Shown here in pieces: positions 49,684 to 62,251 of a DNA stretch of 64,000 nt. The stretch spans positions 21,390,001-21,454,000 of the forward strand of contig NC_135901.1 of the NCBI RefSeq assembly GCF_964194155.1, in the 5' to 3' direction. The stretch's first letter is position 1. Each line of letters opens with the position of its first letter. This DNA is from Cetorhinus maximus. Its lineage: Eukaryota. A model generated the notes under the pieces. It was not told where the DNA came from and searched no databases. It was given only the letters and a program-made list of their open reading frames with translations. A program made the translations under genes and the position numbers.

Positions 49684-51074
49684 CTATAGTGATTGGATTT
49701 TTCTGTTAATCATATTTGGGTTGAACCATTGTTCATTGGGGTCTGTTTCTGCTGATGTTAATAAACTCTAGCCCAGTTATTGTAGCTAATGCTATGGATA
49801 AAAGCGAAATAAAAGAGCTTTGTGTTCAACACACAGTCTGTTGAATCTTTTTCATAAACTAACATGAGTTTGTTCCTTTTGAAGTGCTCCCCCTTTCCCT
49901 AGTATCATCCACACTCACCTCCAACAACAAGTGTGAGGAACTCGTGGAGCTTCTTCGTCACTAAGATTGAGACAAGCTGATCAGCTGCCTCTGCTGCTTC
50001 CCTCCCTTCCACTCGGTCAATGAGACAAACTGTCCGTAAAGTTCCCCCTTGTCCAAGCCCTGAATTTGCATCTTTCTCCAGCCTCTCTCCTATCTTCTAT
50101 CTCCTTCAGTGCTCATTTTGTCCATGAGACCTTCTGCTCCCTTGATCCTATTCTTGCTAAACTGTTAGCCATCCATCCTCCCCATGTTAGTTGATATTGT
50201 CAACAGTTCTCTCTTTGATACTGTCCGTCTCACCTTTAAATTCATTGTCATCGTCCATCCCAAAAAAAACCTCTTTAACCCACCGTTTTTGCAAACTACC
50301 GCCCCATCTCCAACCTCCCTTTCCTCTCCAAAGTCCTTGTACATGTGTCCTCCAAGGATCTAGCCTTGGTCCCTCCCATTCCTCATCTACAGGCTGCCAC
50401 TAGGTGACATCATCCAAAAGCACCGTGTTAGTTTTCACATGTACACTGACAATGCCCAGCTCTACCTCATCACCATCCCTCTCCATTCCTCCACTGTTAC
50501 TAAATTATCAAACTGCTTATCCAACATCCAGTACTGGATGAGCAGAAATTTCCCCCAATTAATAATTGGGAAGACCAAAGCCCAATTGGAACCCAAGATG
50601 ACATTCTGACCACATATCTAACCATCACGAATACCAGCTATTTCAATCTCCATAACGTTGCCTGTCTCCACCCCACCCCAGCTCATCTGCTGCTGAAACC
50701 TTCATCCATGCCCATGTTACCTTTAGACTTGACAATTCCAATGCATTTCTGACCAGCCTCTCATGTTCACCCCACCCCTACATGGAAACGTGTGGTCATC
50801 CAAAACTCTGCTGCCCATGTGCTTTCTCACACCAAGTCTTGTTCACCCATCACTCACTGACCTACATTGGCTCCTGGTCAAGCAATGCCTCAATTTTAAA
50901 ATTTACATTCTTGTTTTCAAATCCGCCCATGACCTCAACCCTCCCTATCTCCATAATTTCCAGTTTCTCACTCTCTGATATATCTGCGCTCCCCTCATTC
51001 TATCCTCTTAGAGCATCCCTGATTTTAATTACCCCACCATTGGTGGAAGGGCCTAGGCATGAAGCTCTGAAATT

Positions 51075-51798
51075 TATTTACTTTTTTTGAAAAATATACT
51101 TTATTCATAAAACACCTGAAAGAACGTGACGAAACATTTCTAGTTGGCCATCACAAAAAGTGCAATCACATTCAACTTTTACACATGGATCACGAGGCAT
51201 TTCAATACAATCAATGAATATTACAGTCATTTCATTATGGTCATTACAGACAGACAAGTGCAATGGCATTGGAGTTATCGACATTCATCATGTTGCACTC
51301 TGAGGTACAATTATAATGCATTTAGTATTTACTACATATATTCATTGTGAGCTGTACAGCCCAAGGGGTCCATACAATTCCCAGCATCTCGGTGCACTAT
51401 GGCAGAAAGGTCTTAGACAGTGACCTTTCCCCATTGAGCCTTTGAGGTGGCTGCCCCAAGCTTTAGTGCATCCCTCAGCATGTGGTCCTAGGCCTTGGAA
51501 TGTGCCAGTCTGCAACACTCGGCTGGGGACAACTCTTTGCACTGGAAGACCAACAAGTTTCAGGCAGACCAAAGAGCGTCTTTCACCAAGTTGATGATCC
51601 TCCAGCTGCAGTTGATATTTGTCTCGCTGTGTGTCCCTGGGAATAGCCCATAGAGCAGAGTCCTGTGTCACAGCATTGCTCGGGATGAATTTGGACAAAA
51701 GCCACTGTATCTCTCTCCAGACCGTCTTTCCAAAGGCACATTCCAGAAGGAGGTAAATAACAGTCTCTTCCCCACCACAGCCACTCGAGGGTAATGTG
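51075..51798 (-). mobile_element. L1/Tx1-clade LINE 3' end
   Basis: Minus strand reads CGGEETVIYLLLECAF..W (zinc knuckle) and KAQWGKVTV*; AATAAA plus A-tail at ~51105-51082. Confidence 0.8.
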
Positions 51799-51811
51799 AT
51801 GAAGCTCTGAA

Positions 51812-51932
51812 TTTTTTTTTCGAAAAATATACTTTATTCATATAATATCTGAAAGAACATTACAAAACATTTCTAAATCGCCATCACAAAAAGTGCAATA
51901 ATATTCAACTTTTACACATGGATCACGAGGTG
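51812..51932 (-). mobile_element. Second short 3' end of the same Tx1 family
   Basis: gaaaaatatactttattcata..catcacaaaaagtgcaat..tttacacatggatcacgagg repeats 51089-51198. Confidence 0.8.
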
Positions 51933-52845
51933 GATGAAGCTCTGAAATTCCCTCCCTAAACCTCTCGGCCACTCTCCTGATTAAAGATGCTTGTTGCAAT
52001 TTGCCTCTCGAATCCAGCTTTTGGCCATCGACCTTAATATCGCCCTGAGTGACTCAGTGTCTAATTCTGCTTTATGAAACTTCTCTGAAGCACATTGCAA
52101 AGTTTTATTACAACAAACATGTTCGATAAATACAAGTTACTACTGTTTCATGACAATCAGTTTGCACAAGGTAAAATTCCAACAACAGCGATTAGATGAA
52201 TAACCAATTAGTCAAGTTGTTTTTTTGGTGCTGCTAGTTAAAGCACAAATGTTGGTCCCACTGCACCAGGAGAAGGAAGAATGAGGAGAGGCTATATAAA
52301 CTAAATGGAAACTTTTTTAAACAGAGTGCAGGAACAGAGTGACCTGGGAGTGTAAGTGAACAAATCCTAGAATACACCTTCCTGTTTGTGGCTTTATACA
52401 GATGAAACCCTGTGGGTGTGGAGCAAACATTTCAACATTTGTTAGTGAAGTGGATTGATTTGGGACAGACAGCAGGGATAATATGAGGTAATAACACAGT
52501 GTAGTGAAAAAGGAAATTCAATGGAAGGATTGAGGAGCTGGGATTTGTAACTGAAGATTTGAGAACTGAAATAATCTGGAGTAAGAAAGGAGAAATGACA
52601 CGAAACTGAATAATCAGCAACAGGACATCAATTGGTCTCTTATCAAAGAGAAATCGACAATTCATTCCAACTAATCAATAATCTCCAACTGTCAGGATGA
52701 ACATGGTTCATTCCTGAATGTGATTTCTCTCTTTATTCTTCAATGGAATATGGGCATCGCTGACAAGGCCAGCATTTGTTGCCCATCCCTAATTAACCTT
52801 GAGAAGGTGCTGGTGAGCCACCTTCTTGAATACAACTGAGTGACT

Positions 52846-55800
52846 TCACAGAATCACAGAATCACACAGTGCAGAAGAGGCCTTTTGGCCCATCGAGTCT
52901 GCACCGACACATGAAAAACACCTGACCTACCTACCTGATCCCATTTACCAGCGCTTGGCCCATAGCCTTGAATGTTGTGATGTGCCAAGTGCTCATCCAG
53001 GTACTTTTTAAAGGATGTGAGGCAACCCGCCTCCACCACCCTCCCAGGCGATGCATTCCAGACCCTCACCACCCTCTGAGTAAAAAAGTTTTTCCTCACA
53101 TCCCCCGCTAAACCTCCTGCCCCTCACCTTGAACTTATGTTGCCTCGTGACTGACCCTTCAACTAGGAGAATAGCTGCTCCCTATGCACCCTGTCCATGC
53201 CCCTCATAATCTTGTACACCTCGAGTAGGTTGCCCCTCAGTCTTCTCTGCTCCAACGAAAACAACCCAAGTCTATCCAACCTCTCTTCATAACTTAAATA
53301 TTTCATCCCAGACACCATCCTGATGAATCTCCTCTGTATCCCCTCCAGTGCATCACACCCTTCCTATAATTTGGCGACCAGAACTGCACACAGCACTCCA
53401 GTTGTGGCCTTACCAAGGTTCTATACAACTCCAACATGACCTCCCTACTTTTGTAATCTATGCCTCGGTTGATAAAGGCAAGTGTCCTATATGCCTTTTT
53501 CACCACCCCACTAACATGCCCCTCTGCCTTCAGAGATCTATGGACACACACGCCAAGGTCCCTTTGTTCCTCAGAACTTCTTAGTGTCATGCCATTCATT
53601 GAATACTTCCTTGTCAATTTACTCCTCACACTTTTCAGGGTTAAATTCCATCTGCCACTTATCAGCCCATTTGACCATCCCGTCTATATCTTCCCGTAGC
53701 CCAAGACACTCAACCTCACTGTTAACCACCTGGCCAATCTTCGTGTCATCTGCAACCTTACTAATTCTACCTCCCACATAGTCATCTATATCATTTACAT
53801 AAATGACAAATAATAGGGGACCCAGCACAGATCCCTGTAGTACGCCACTGGATACTGGATTCCAGTCACTAAAGCATCTTTCTGTCATCACCCTCTGCCT
53901 CCTTCAACTTAGCCAATTTTGAATCGACCTTATCAAATTACCCTGTATCCCATGTGCATTTGCCTTCTTTATAAGTCTCCCATGTGGGACCTTGTCAAAG
54001 GTTTTGCTGAAATCCATATAAACCACATCAACTGCACTACCCTCATCTACACACCTGGTCACCTCCACAAAAAATTCAATCAAATTTGTTAGGCATGACC
54101 TCCCTCTGACAAAGCCATGCTGAATATCCCTGATCAAACCTTGCCTCTCCAAGTGGAGATAGATTCTCCCCTTCAGAATTTTCTCCAATGGTTTCCCTAT
54201 CACTGACATGAGACTCACTGTCCTGTAATTCCCTGACGTATCTCTACAACCCTTCTTAAATAGCGGAACCACATTAGCTGTTCTCCTGTCCTCTGGCATC
54301 TCCCCCATGGCCAGAGAGGAATTAAAAATTCAGGTCGGAACCCCTGCAATCTCCCCCCTTGCCTCCCTCAGCAGCCTGGGACACAAATCATCCAGACCTG
54401 GAGATTTATCCACTTTTAAGCCTGCCAACACCTCCAATACCTTGTCACTCCCTATATCAAGTTGCTCAAGAACCTCACAGTCTCTCTCCCCGAGTTTGAT
54501 ACCTTCATCCTCATTCTCTTGGGTGAAGACAGATGTGAAACATTCATTCAACACTCTAGCAATGTCATCTGGCTCCACCCATAGATTTCCCCCTTGGTCC
54601 CTTATGGGGCCTACTCTTTCCCTGGTTATCCCCTTCCCATTGATATACTTATAGAATATCTTGGGATTTCCCCTACTTTTACCAGCCAGAGCTTTCTCAT
54701 ATCCCCTCTTTGCTCTCCTAATTGCTTTCTTAAGCTCCACCCTGCACATTCTGTACTCCACTAATGCCTCCGCTGATTTACTTCCCTTGTACCTGCTAAA
54801 AGCCTCTCTTTTCCTTCTCATCATAGCCTGAATATCTCTGGTTATACATGGTTCTCTGGGCTTGTTACTCCTTCTTATCACCCAAGAGGGAACATGTTGA
54901 GCCTGTACCCTCCCCATTTCCTGTTTGAATGGCCCCCACTGCTCCTCTGTAGATTTCCCCACAAGTAACTGTTCCCAGTCTACCTTGGCCAGATCCTGCC
55001 TTATTTTACTAAAATCCACTCTCCCCCAATCCAAAACATTTTTTTGTAACTTGTCTATTTCTTTGTCCATAACAAACTTAAACTGTATCATGGGAATCTA
55101 CTAAGAGGGGTAGACGAAGTGAGAGATCTTGGCGTACAAGTACACATGTCCCTGAAGGCAGCAGTTCAAGTAGACAAGGTTGTAAAGAAGGCATATTGAA
55201 TGCTCTCCTTCATTGGCAGAGGTATAGAATATAAAAGTAAGGATATTATGTTGGAATTGTATAAAACACTGATGAGGCCACAACTGGAGTATTGTGTGCA
55301 GTTCTGGTCACCACATTACAGGAAGGACGTAATAGCTCTGGAGAGAGTGTAGAGGAGGTTTACAAGAATGTTGCCAGGGTTAGAAAAGTGTAGCTACGAG
55401 GAGAGATTGGATAGGTTGGGGTTATTTTCCTTCGAACAAAGAAGGCTGAGAGGTGACTTGATTGAGGTGTACAAAATTATGAGGGGAATAGATGGAGTGG
55501 ACAGGATAAAATTGTTTCCCTTGGAGGAGAGTTCTCGAACCAGGGGACATAGATTCAAAATAAGTGGCAGAAGGTGTAGTCGGGACATGAGGAAGAACTT
55601 TTTATGCAGAGGGTAGTGGGTGTCTGGAATTCACTACCCAAGTTGGTGGTAGAGGCAGAAACTCTAAACTCTTTTAAAAAGTACCAGGATCTGCACCTTA
55701 AGTGCTGTTAGCTGCAGGGCTATGGGCCAAGTGGAGGAAGATGGGATTAGAAAGGACACCTGGGTGTCCTCAGGCTGGCATGGTCAAGATGGGCCGAATG

Positions 55801-56285
55801 GCCTCCTTCTGTGCTGTCACTTTTCTATGGTTCTATATTGTGGTCGCTATCACTAAAATGCTCCCCCACCAACACCTCAACCACCTGTCCGGCTTCATTC
55901 CCCAGAATTAGGTCCAGCATCGTGCCATCCCTTGCTGGACCCTCTACATATTGACCTAACTGTACACATTTTAAAAAATCCACTCCATCCAAGCCCTTAA
56001 CACTATATCTATCCCAATTAATGTTGGGAAAGTTGAAATCACCTAATATAATTACCCGATTGTTATTGTTTTTACACACCTCCGCAAATTGTGCACATAT
56101 TTGCTCCTCAATTTCCCACTTACTATCTGGGGGTCTATAATAAACACCTAACAATGTGGCTGCCCCTTTTTTATTCTTAAGCTCTACCCACGAAGCTTCA
56201 TTCAATGCCCCCTCCAAGATATCATCTCTCCTTACTGAAGTAACTGACTCCTTAACTAATAATGCAACGCCTTCTCCTCTTCTTC
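52846..56285 (-). mobile_element. Young CR1 LINE ORF2 (5'-truncated) with a nested opposite-strand CR1
   Basis: ORFs 55825-56217, 54330-55091, 53904-54308, 53619-53891 (VADDTK); closely similar to 35880-38570. Confidence 0.93.
55093..55836 (+). mobile_element. Nested CR1 3' fragment
   Basis: ORF 55368-55616; tail ttctatggttctat. Confidence 0.88.
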
Positions 56286-56639
56286 ACCCAATTTAAAGGG
56301 CAGTTAAGAGTGAACCACATTGCTCTGGGTCTGGAGTCACATGTAGGCCAAACTGGGTATGGATAGCAGATTTCTTTCCCTGAAGGACATTAGTGAATCA
56401 GGTGGGGTTTAGAACGATTTTTGATAGTTGTCATGGTCACCATTGCTTAGTCTAGATTTATATTCTAGAGATATCAATTCAGAACTGAGGAAGAAGTCAT
56501 ATTGGACTCGAAACATTAAATCTGTTTCTCTCTCCACAGATGCTGCCAGACCTACTGAGTTTTTTCAGCATTTTCTGTACATGAGGCTGGATGCACAAGT
56601 GAATCCTTTCCAATGTATGGAGCAGATGAACTGCATCTC

Positions 56640-57108
56640 CCTGGTGGAAAGGACGTTTCCTCTTGTAGATGAGTCCAGAACTAGGGAGCACTGTTTTAAA
56701 ATTAGGGGTCACCCATTTAAAACGGAGATGAGGCAAAAGAAATTTCTCCCAGAGGGTCGTGAGTCGATGGAACCCTCTTCCTGAAAAGATGGTGGAAGCA
56801 GAGTTTTTGAATATTTTTAAGGCAGAGGTGGATAGATTCTTGGGAAGCAAGGGAGTGATAGATTATTGGGAGTAGGCAGGATGCAGAGTTCAGGCTACAA
56901 TCAGATCAGCCATGATCTTATTGAATGACAGAGAAGGCTCGATAAGCTGAATGGCCTATCCTGCTCCTTGTTCGTATGTTTGTTCATATGCCTCAGAAGG
57001 CAGTGGAGGCAGGGTCACTGAGTACTTTTAAGCCTGAGGTAGATATATGCCTGTTAGGCAAGGGAATCAATAGTTATTGGGGGTAGATGGGAATGTGGAA
57101 CTTGAAAC
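56640..57108 (+). mobile_element. Tandem old CR1 3' tails
   Basis: FPLVDESRTREHCFKIRGHPFKTEMR; two successive tail segments. Confidence 0.7.
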
Positions 57109-57109
57109 A

Positions 57110-57982
57110 CCGTCCAAGGGCCTAAACACTCCTTTCAAGTGAAGCAGCACTTCACTTGCACTTCCCTCAATTTAGTCTACTGCATTCGCTGCTCCCAATG
57201 TGGTTTCCTCTACATTGAAGAGACCAAATGCAGATTGGGTGACCGCTTTGCAGAACACCTTCGGTCTGTCCGCAAGCATGACCCAGACCTTCCTGTCGCT
57301 TGCCATTTCAACACTCCACTCTGCTCTCGTGCCCACATGTCCATCCTTGGCCTGCTGCAATGTTCCAGTGAAGCTCAACGCAAACTGGAGGAATAGCACC
57401 TCATCTTCCGACTAGGCATTTTACAGCCTTCCGGACTGAATATTGAGTCCAACAACTTCAGATCATGAACTCTCTCCTCCATCCCCACCCCCTTTCCGAT
57501 CCCCCTTTTTCCAATAATTTATATATATTTTTCTTTTCCAACCTATTTCCATTATTTTTAAATGTATTTCCAACCATTGTTTTATCTCTACCTTTTAGCC
57601 TATTTTGATCCCTTCCCCCACCCCACCCCCACTAGGGCTATCTGTACCTTGCTCATCCTGCTTTCTACCCTTAATGTCACCATTAGCACATATCTTAGCT
57701 AATATCACCACCTTCAACACCTCTTTGTCCTTTTGTCTGTGACATCTTTTGGCAATCTCCACTTATCACTGGCTCTCTATCCAGCTCTACCTGGCCCACC
57801 CCACCTCAAATCCGCTTATATTTCACCTCTTTTCTATTTTTCCATAGTTCTGATGAAGAGTCATTCAGACTCAAAACATTAACTGTATCCCTCTCCGCAG
57901 ATGCTGTCAGACTTGCTGAGTTTTTCCAGGTATTTTTGTTCTTGTTTTGGATTTCCAGCATCCGCAGGTTTTTGCTTTTATC
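57110..57982 (+). mobile_element. Penelope-like element 3' fragment (GIY-YIG plus terminus)
   Basis: ORF 57139-57396 NLVYCIRCSQCGFLYIEETK; similar to the 2846-3675 reverse complement. Confidence 0.9.
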
Positions 57983-58679
57983 TAGGTGAATCAGTTGTTC
58001 TCTTTCTGGACTCAGTGTTCTCTGTAATTCGGTGTCATCTCCTCCCAACTCCTGATCAGCATATTCCACATCCACCTTGTACTGCACATGCTCAGAGTAC
58101 AACCAGGTGCTGAGTAATCACACTGGGCTCCTGTAGTCATTGATGGGGCACATTCTGGCCACTTGAGAAATAGTGCATTGTATCACCATCACGGAAAACC
58201 AATTGGGGAACAGAATTTTTTGTCAACAAATTGAGATTGGATCAAATGGCCTGTTTCTGTAATGAAATCCTACAGGGTAGAGGTGGGTTAATACTCAGGT
58301 CTATGCCGTTGCGGCCCAAGAGGTGAATTAATACTCGGGCTATGAAACCCCCCACCATAAACCCAGCACCAACTCCATCCCCCTCCTTGCCACACTGTGA
58401 GGCTGGACCATACAAATTGCAACCTTTGCCTCCTATTTGAACCTGAGCTGAGTATCGTGCTACCAACAACATATCCTCTCTATCACTAAGATCACTGCTT
58501 CCAGCTCTGTCATATCTATTGTCTCTATCCCACTTGAGCCAATTTGCTGCTGAAATCTTCATCCATGCCTTTGTTACCTCCAGTTTCAGCTATTCCAATG
58601 CTCTCTTGATTAGTCTCCCATCTTCCACCCTACATAAACTTACGCTCATCCAAAACTCTTCTGGGTGGACAGCAGTTTA

Positions 58680-59105
58680 GTGGGAATGGAGACCACAGAG
58701 CAGAAAGTGTGTCTCATGGACAAGTTGAGCTCATGAAAGTATAAAGGGAAGTAGGAGTGAAACTAAAGAAAGATACTTGTTCAGAGCTAGGGCTGGTCAG
58801 ATCTGGAGAAACAGTTTGGCCCAGTGGACGAGTGAAAAGGATGAAAGCGGCAGAGGCAGCTGATCAGATGGTCTCAATCTTGGAAACAAGAAAGTGAATC
58901 AGCTCCTCGCATTTGTCATTGGAGGTGAGGATGGAGGAGACAGGGGAGAGGGAGAGCACTTCAAAAGGAACTAACTTGCTTTGGAGATATTAAAATGACT
59001 CATCATTCCATCTGTTTAACACAAAATGTATTTATTTTGCTTTTATCCAGAACATTGACACATATAACTGACAGTTTATTAACTTTAGCAGAAACAGATC
59101 TGAAT
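58680..59105 (-). other. Inverted orphan class 2 3' UTR plus the adjoining L2 segment
   Basis: Reverse complement aligns with 49741-50090. Confidence 0.65.
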
Positions 59106-59249
59106 ACTATATTTGCTATGAGACGAGGGATGGAGAGATATTGGGAAGACCAATGCAACATGAAGATTGATCATGGTAGTTTACATTACTGGAAGTAAGC
59201 TTCTTAAAAAATGACCCCTCCTGCTTTACTTTATTCATGTATATGAATA

Positions 59250-59640
59250 TGAAACCAGTTATATGGTTATTAACAACAGCAGCAACAACCCCAACTGTAA
59301 ACTTAGCTCAGCCCTCAGTTCAGTGGATTAGCAGAAGAAATAAGAACAGAATCCAGGGTTTGCAGTCACTCGTGAATTCATTGATCATCTATCATCTCAG
59401 CAGGGTAGATGATAGATTTAATGCTTCCCACATACGGATCATGTAAAAGGCTTCTCCCGAGTGTGAGTGCGCTAGTGCCTCAGCAGTTCCCTTCTGTATT
59501 TAAAGCTCTTGTCACAGTCAGAACATTTAAATGTTCTCTTATCAGTGTGAAGAAGCTGGAGTGAAATGAGGGTGCTTGACCGAATGAATCCCATCCCACA
59601 CTTGGAGCTGATGAATGGCCTCTCCCCAGTGCGAATAGGC
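59250..59640 (-). pseudogene. ZNF 3'-end remnant
   Basis: TGERPFISSKCGMGF..FKCSDCDKSFKYRRELLRH*; followed by tgactgca.. post-stop sequence. Confidence 0.72.
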
Positions 59641-60109
59641 GAAGCAAAGTAGAAGGTCAGAACAGATGGGAGGCAAGGATAAATTTGACAAGACGTCATG
59701 GACACAAGACAGCGGGAGTGTTAATGGTTATGTTTGAGTTTTGGTGAATACCTTGTCAAACACCAGGAGGGAAATGGAAAACAATGAAGGTAAACATGGT
59801 GAAAGAGCCAAAAGGAAATCCTGTCAGAGAGAAGATCTTCTCTGTGACCTGTCTTAACTGCTCTGTCGGTTCATTTATTGAAACCAGGGACTCTCCTTGT
59901 TCTAATGATGACATTCCCTGTCTGCCCAGTTATCACTTTAAGTCAACCTTTGAATTGTTTGTGCATTGTTTCATCATGTTCCCACTTTTCACTAACAAAT
60001 GTTGAAATGTTTGCTCCACACCCACAGGGTTTCATCTGTTTAAAGCCACAAACAGGAAGGTCCAGTTTTCTCCTGGAGTTTGAGACAAATCAACTTTCAA
60101 AGTGATGCA

Positions 60110-60705
60110 GTTTCAGCCAATGAGGAAGATCGGGGCTTAGCTTCGCCCCTCGTTCACTCCGACTGGTTGAAGAACCAGCCTCTCGAGTTCTGTCCTCCAG
60201 CCCCGACCCTTTTTTCTATTGGTCCGGAACTGCTGTCAATCAGGCGGGTACGGTGAGCTGGGGCATGCGCAGTGTGGCTGTTGAGGCTGGACACAGGTGC
60301 GCAGGCGCAGTGTCGAAGAGTCTGGAGCATGCGCAATGCGATCGTTGGCCTTGCGAGAAGAGGCGCCTGTTTGTCGTGGAGAAGCGGAGTCAGAGCGAGG
60401 CGGTAGGTGGGAGGATTTGGAAACACTTTGTGGATCCGCAAACCCTGAGGAATAATTGTCAGCTCCTGGTTTGCAGCTGCGGGGCTTCTCCCTCCCGGGA
60501 ACAGGCCCAGGTTAACGGCCGCCATCCTGGGTCAGCGAGTGGAGGATGGTTCACATCAGAGGATGGGGGAGGGGGGACAATAAATAAGAGGTTACACTTT
60601 GGGCTCAAATCAATGAGGATCTGATCTGTGGGAAGGAAGGAAACCCTGGGAGGTGGGCGGGGAGGATTCAGAAACACCCGCTGGAGGCCCCAAACCCCCA
60701 GTAAG
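60110..60705 (+). promoter_or_regulatory. CpG-island promoter and putative exon 1 (donor g|gtaggt at 60402/60403)
   Basis: CCAAT at 60117, NRF1-like motifs at 60262, 60298 and 60327, YY1 gccgccatc at ~60518. Confidence 0.8.
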
Positions 60706-61324
60706 ACTCATTGATTTTATTGTCAGTCTGCAGACAGGAGCTGGAGAACTGAACCCAGGCAGAGGAGAGAGAGGGAGAAATGGGAGTGGGGGAAAGAAAT
60801 GGTGGAGATGGTGAGATGGGTTTAGATTTCAGCCCAGGGAGGAGGGAGAGTGTGTGGGACGGGGATTTACAGCTTTGGGGGAACAAGAGAGGAAGAAATG
60901 GCCCATAGAAACTAGAATTGTCTGTTCTGAATTTTTATGCTGCTGAAATATCTTTTGCAGGATATTAGAAGGGGAAGATTTACAGAGGGAAGCTCAAATC
61001 AAACTTCACATCAAGATTTAAAACCGTCACTCAATTCATCAGGACCTGAATATCATCGGCAATTGAATGTGGAAGGAGAAATGCTTGTCTGTTCTGTCTG
61101 TGTGAAAAGATTTCAAACATCAGTGTAAATGGAAAAACACTGAGGCACACACACACCCGAGTGAGAGTGTTCAGTGCACTGACTGTGGAAAGAGCTTTAA
61201 CCAGTTATACAGCCTGAAAAAACATCACACCATTCACAGTGGGGTGAGACCATACACGTGTTCTGTGTGTGGACAAGACTTTAACTGATTATCCAACCTG
61301 GAGAGACATAAGGACTCCGGCACC

Positions 61325-62251
61325 ATGGACAAACCATGGAAATGTGAGGATTGTGGTAAAGGATTCAATTATCCATCTCAGCTGGAAATCCATCGACGCA
61401 TTCACACTGGGGAGAAGCCGTTCACCTGTTCCGTGTGTGGGAAGGGATTCACTCAGACAACCAAACTCATGTCACACCAGCGAATTCACACTGAGGAGAG
61501 GCCATTCACTTGCCCTGTATGTGGGAAGGGATTTACTCAGACATCCTGTCTTATGTTGCACCAGCGAATTCACACTGAGGAGAGGCCGTTCAGCTGCACT
61601 CACTGTGAAAAGAGGTTCAGGTCTTCATCTGACCTCAATATACACCAGCGACTTCACACTGGGCAGAAGCCATTCACTTGCTCTGTGTGTGGGAAGGGAT
61701 TCACTCATTCATCCGGCCTTAGGTCACACCAGCGAGTTCATTCTGAGGAGAAGCCATTCAGCTGTACTTCCTGTAGAAAGAGTTTCAGGCATTCATCCGC
61801 CCTTGCTGAACACCAGCGAGTTCACACTGGGGAGAGGCCGTTCACCTGCTCTGTGTGTGGGCAGGGATTTACTCAGTCATCCAGTCTGCTGAGACACCAG
61901 CGAGTTCACACTGGGGAGAAGCCGTTTAGCTGCACTTCTTGTGGAAAGAATTTCAGGCAGTCATCCACCCTCATTGCACACCAGCGAGTTCACACTGGGG
62001 AGAAACCATTCACCTGCTCTGTATGTGGGAAGGGATTCACTGTATCATCCGCCCTCGAGTCACACCAGCAAATTCACACTGAGAAGAAGCCATTCAGCTG
62101 CACGGACTGTGGAAAGAGGTTCAGGTGTTCATCTGCTCTCCTGGCACATCAGAGAGTTCACACTGGAGAGAGACCATTCACCTGCTCCGTGTGTGGGAAG
62201 AGATTCACTCGGTCCTTCAACCTAGTGACACATGAGCGAGTTCATAAGTGA
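61325..62251 (+). CDS. Class 1 C2H2 zinc-finger protein, 11 fingers, intact
   Basis: 308-aa ORF with strong Kozak caccATGg; acceptor ttttgcag| at 60960. Confidence 0.92.
   Translation: MDKPWKCEDCGKGFNYPSQLEIHRRIHTGEKPFTCSVCGKGFTQTTKLMSHQRIHTEERPFTCPVCGKGFTQTSCLMLHQRIHTEERPFSCTHCEKRFRSSSDLNIHQRLHTGQKPFTCSVCGKGFTHSSGLRSHQRVHSEEKPFSCTSCRKSFRHSSALAEHQRVHTGERPFTCSVCGQGFTQSSSLLRHQRVHTGEKPFSCTSCGKNFRQSSTLIAHQRVHTGEKPFTCSVCGKGFTVSSALESHQQIHTEKKPFSCTDCGKRFRCSSALLAHQRVHTGERPFTCSVCGKRFTRSFNLVTHERVHK

Larger units (their letters stand above)
49890..52145 (+). mobile_element. L2 LINE RT and 3' tail, interrupted by Tx1 insertions
   Basis: MYTDNAQLY..IQYWMSRNF; LTDLHWLLVKQCLNFKI; tail ..aattccctccctaaacctctc..ataaatacaagt. 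Confidence 0.8.

Noticed and set aside
6602-62251. Specific gene symbols such as ZNF239 or ZNF271
   Set aside because: Lineage-specific paralogs; orthology cannot be assigned from finger arrays
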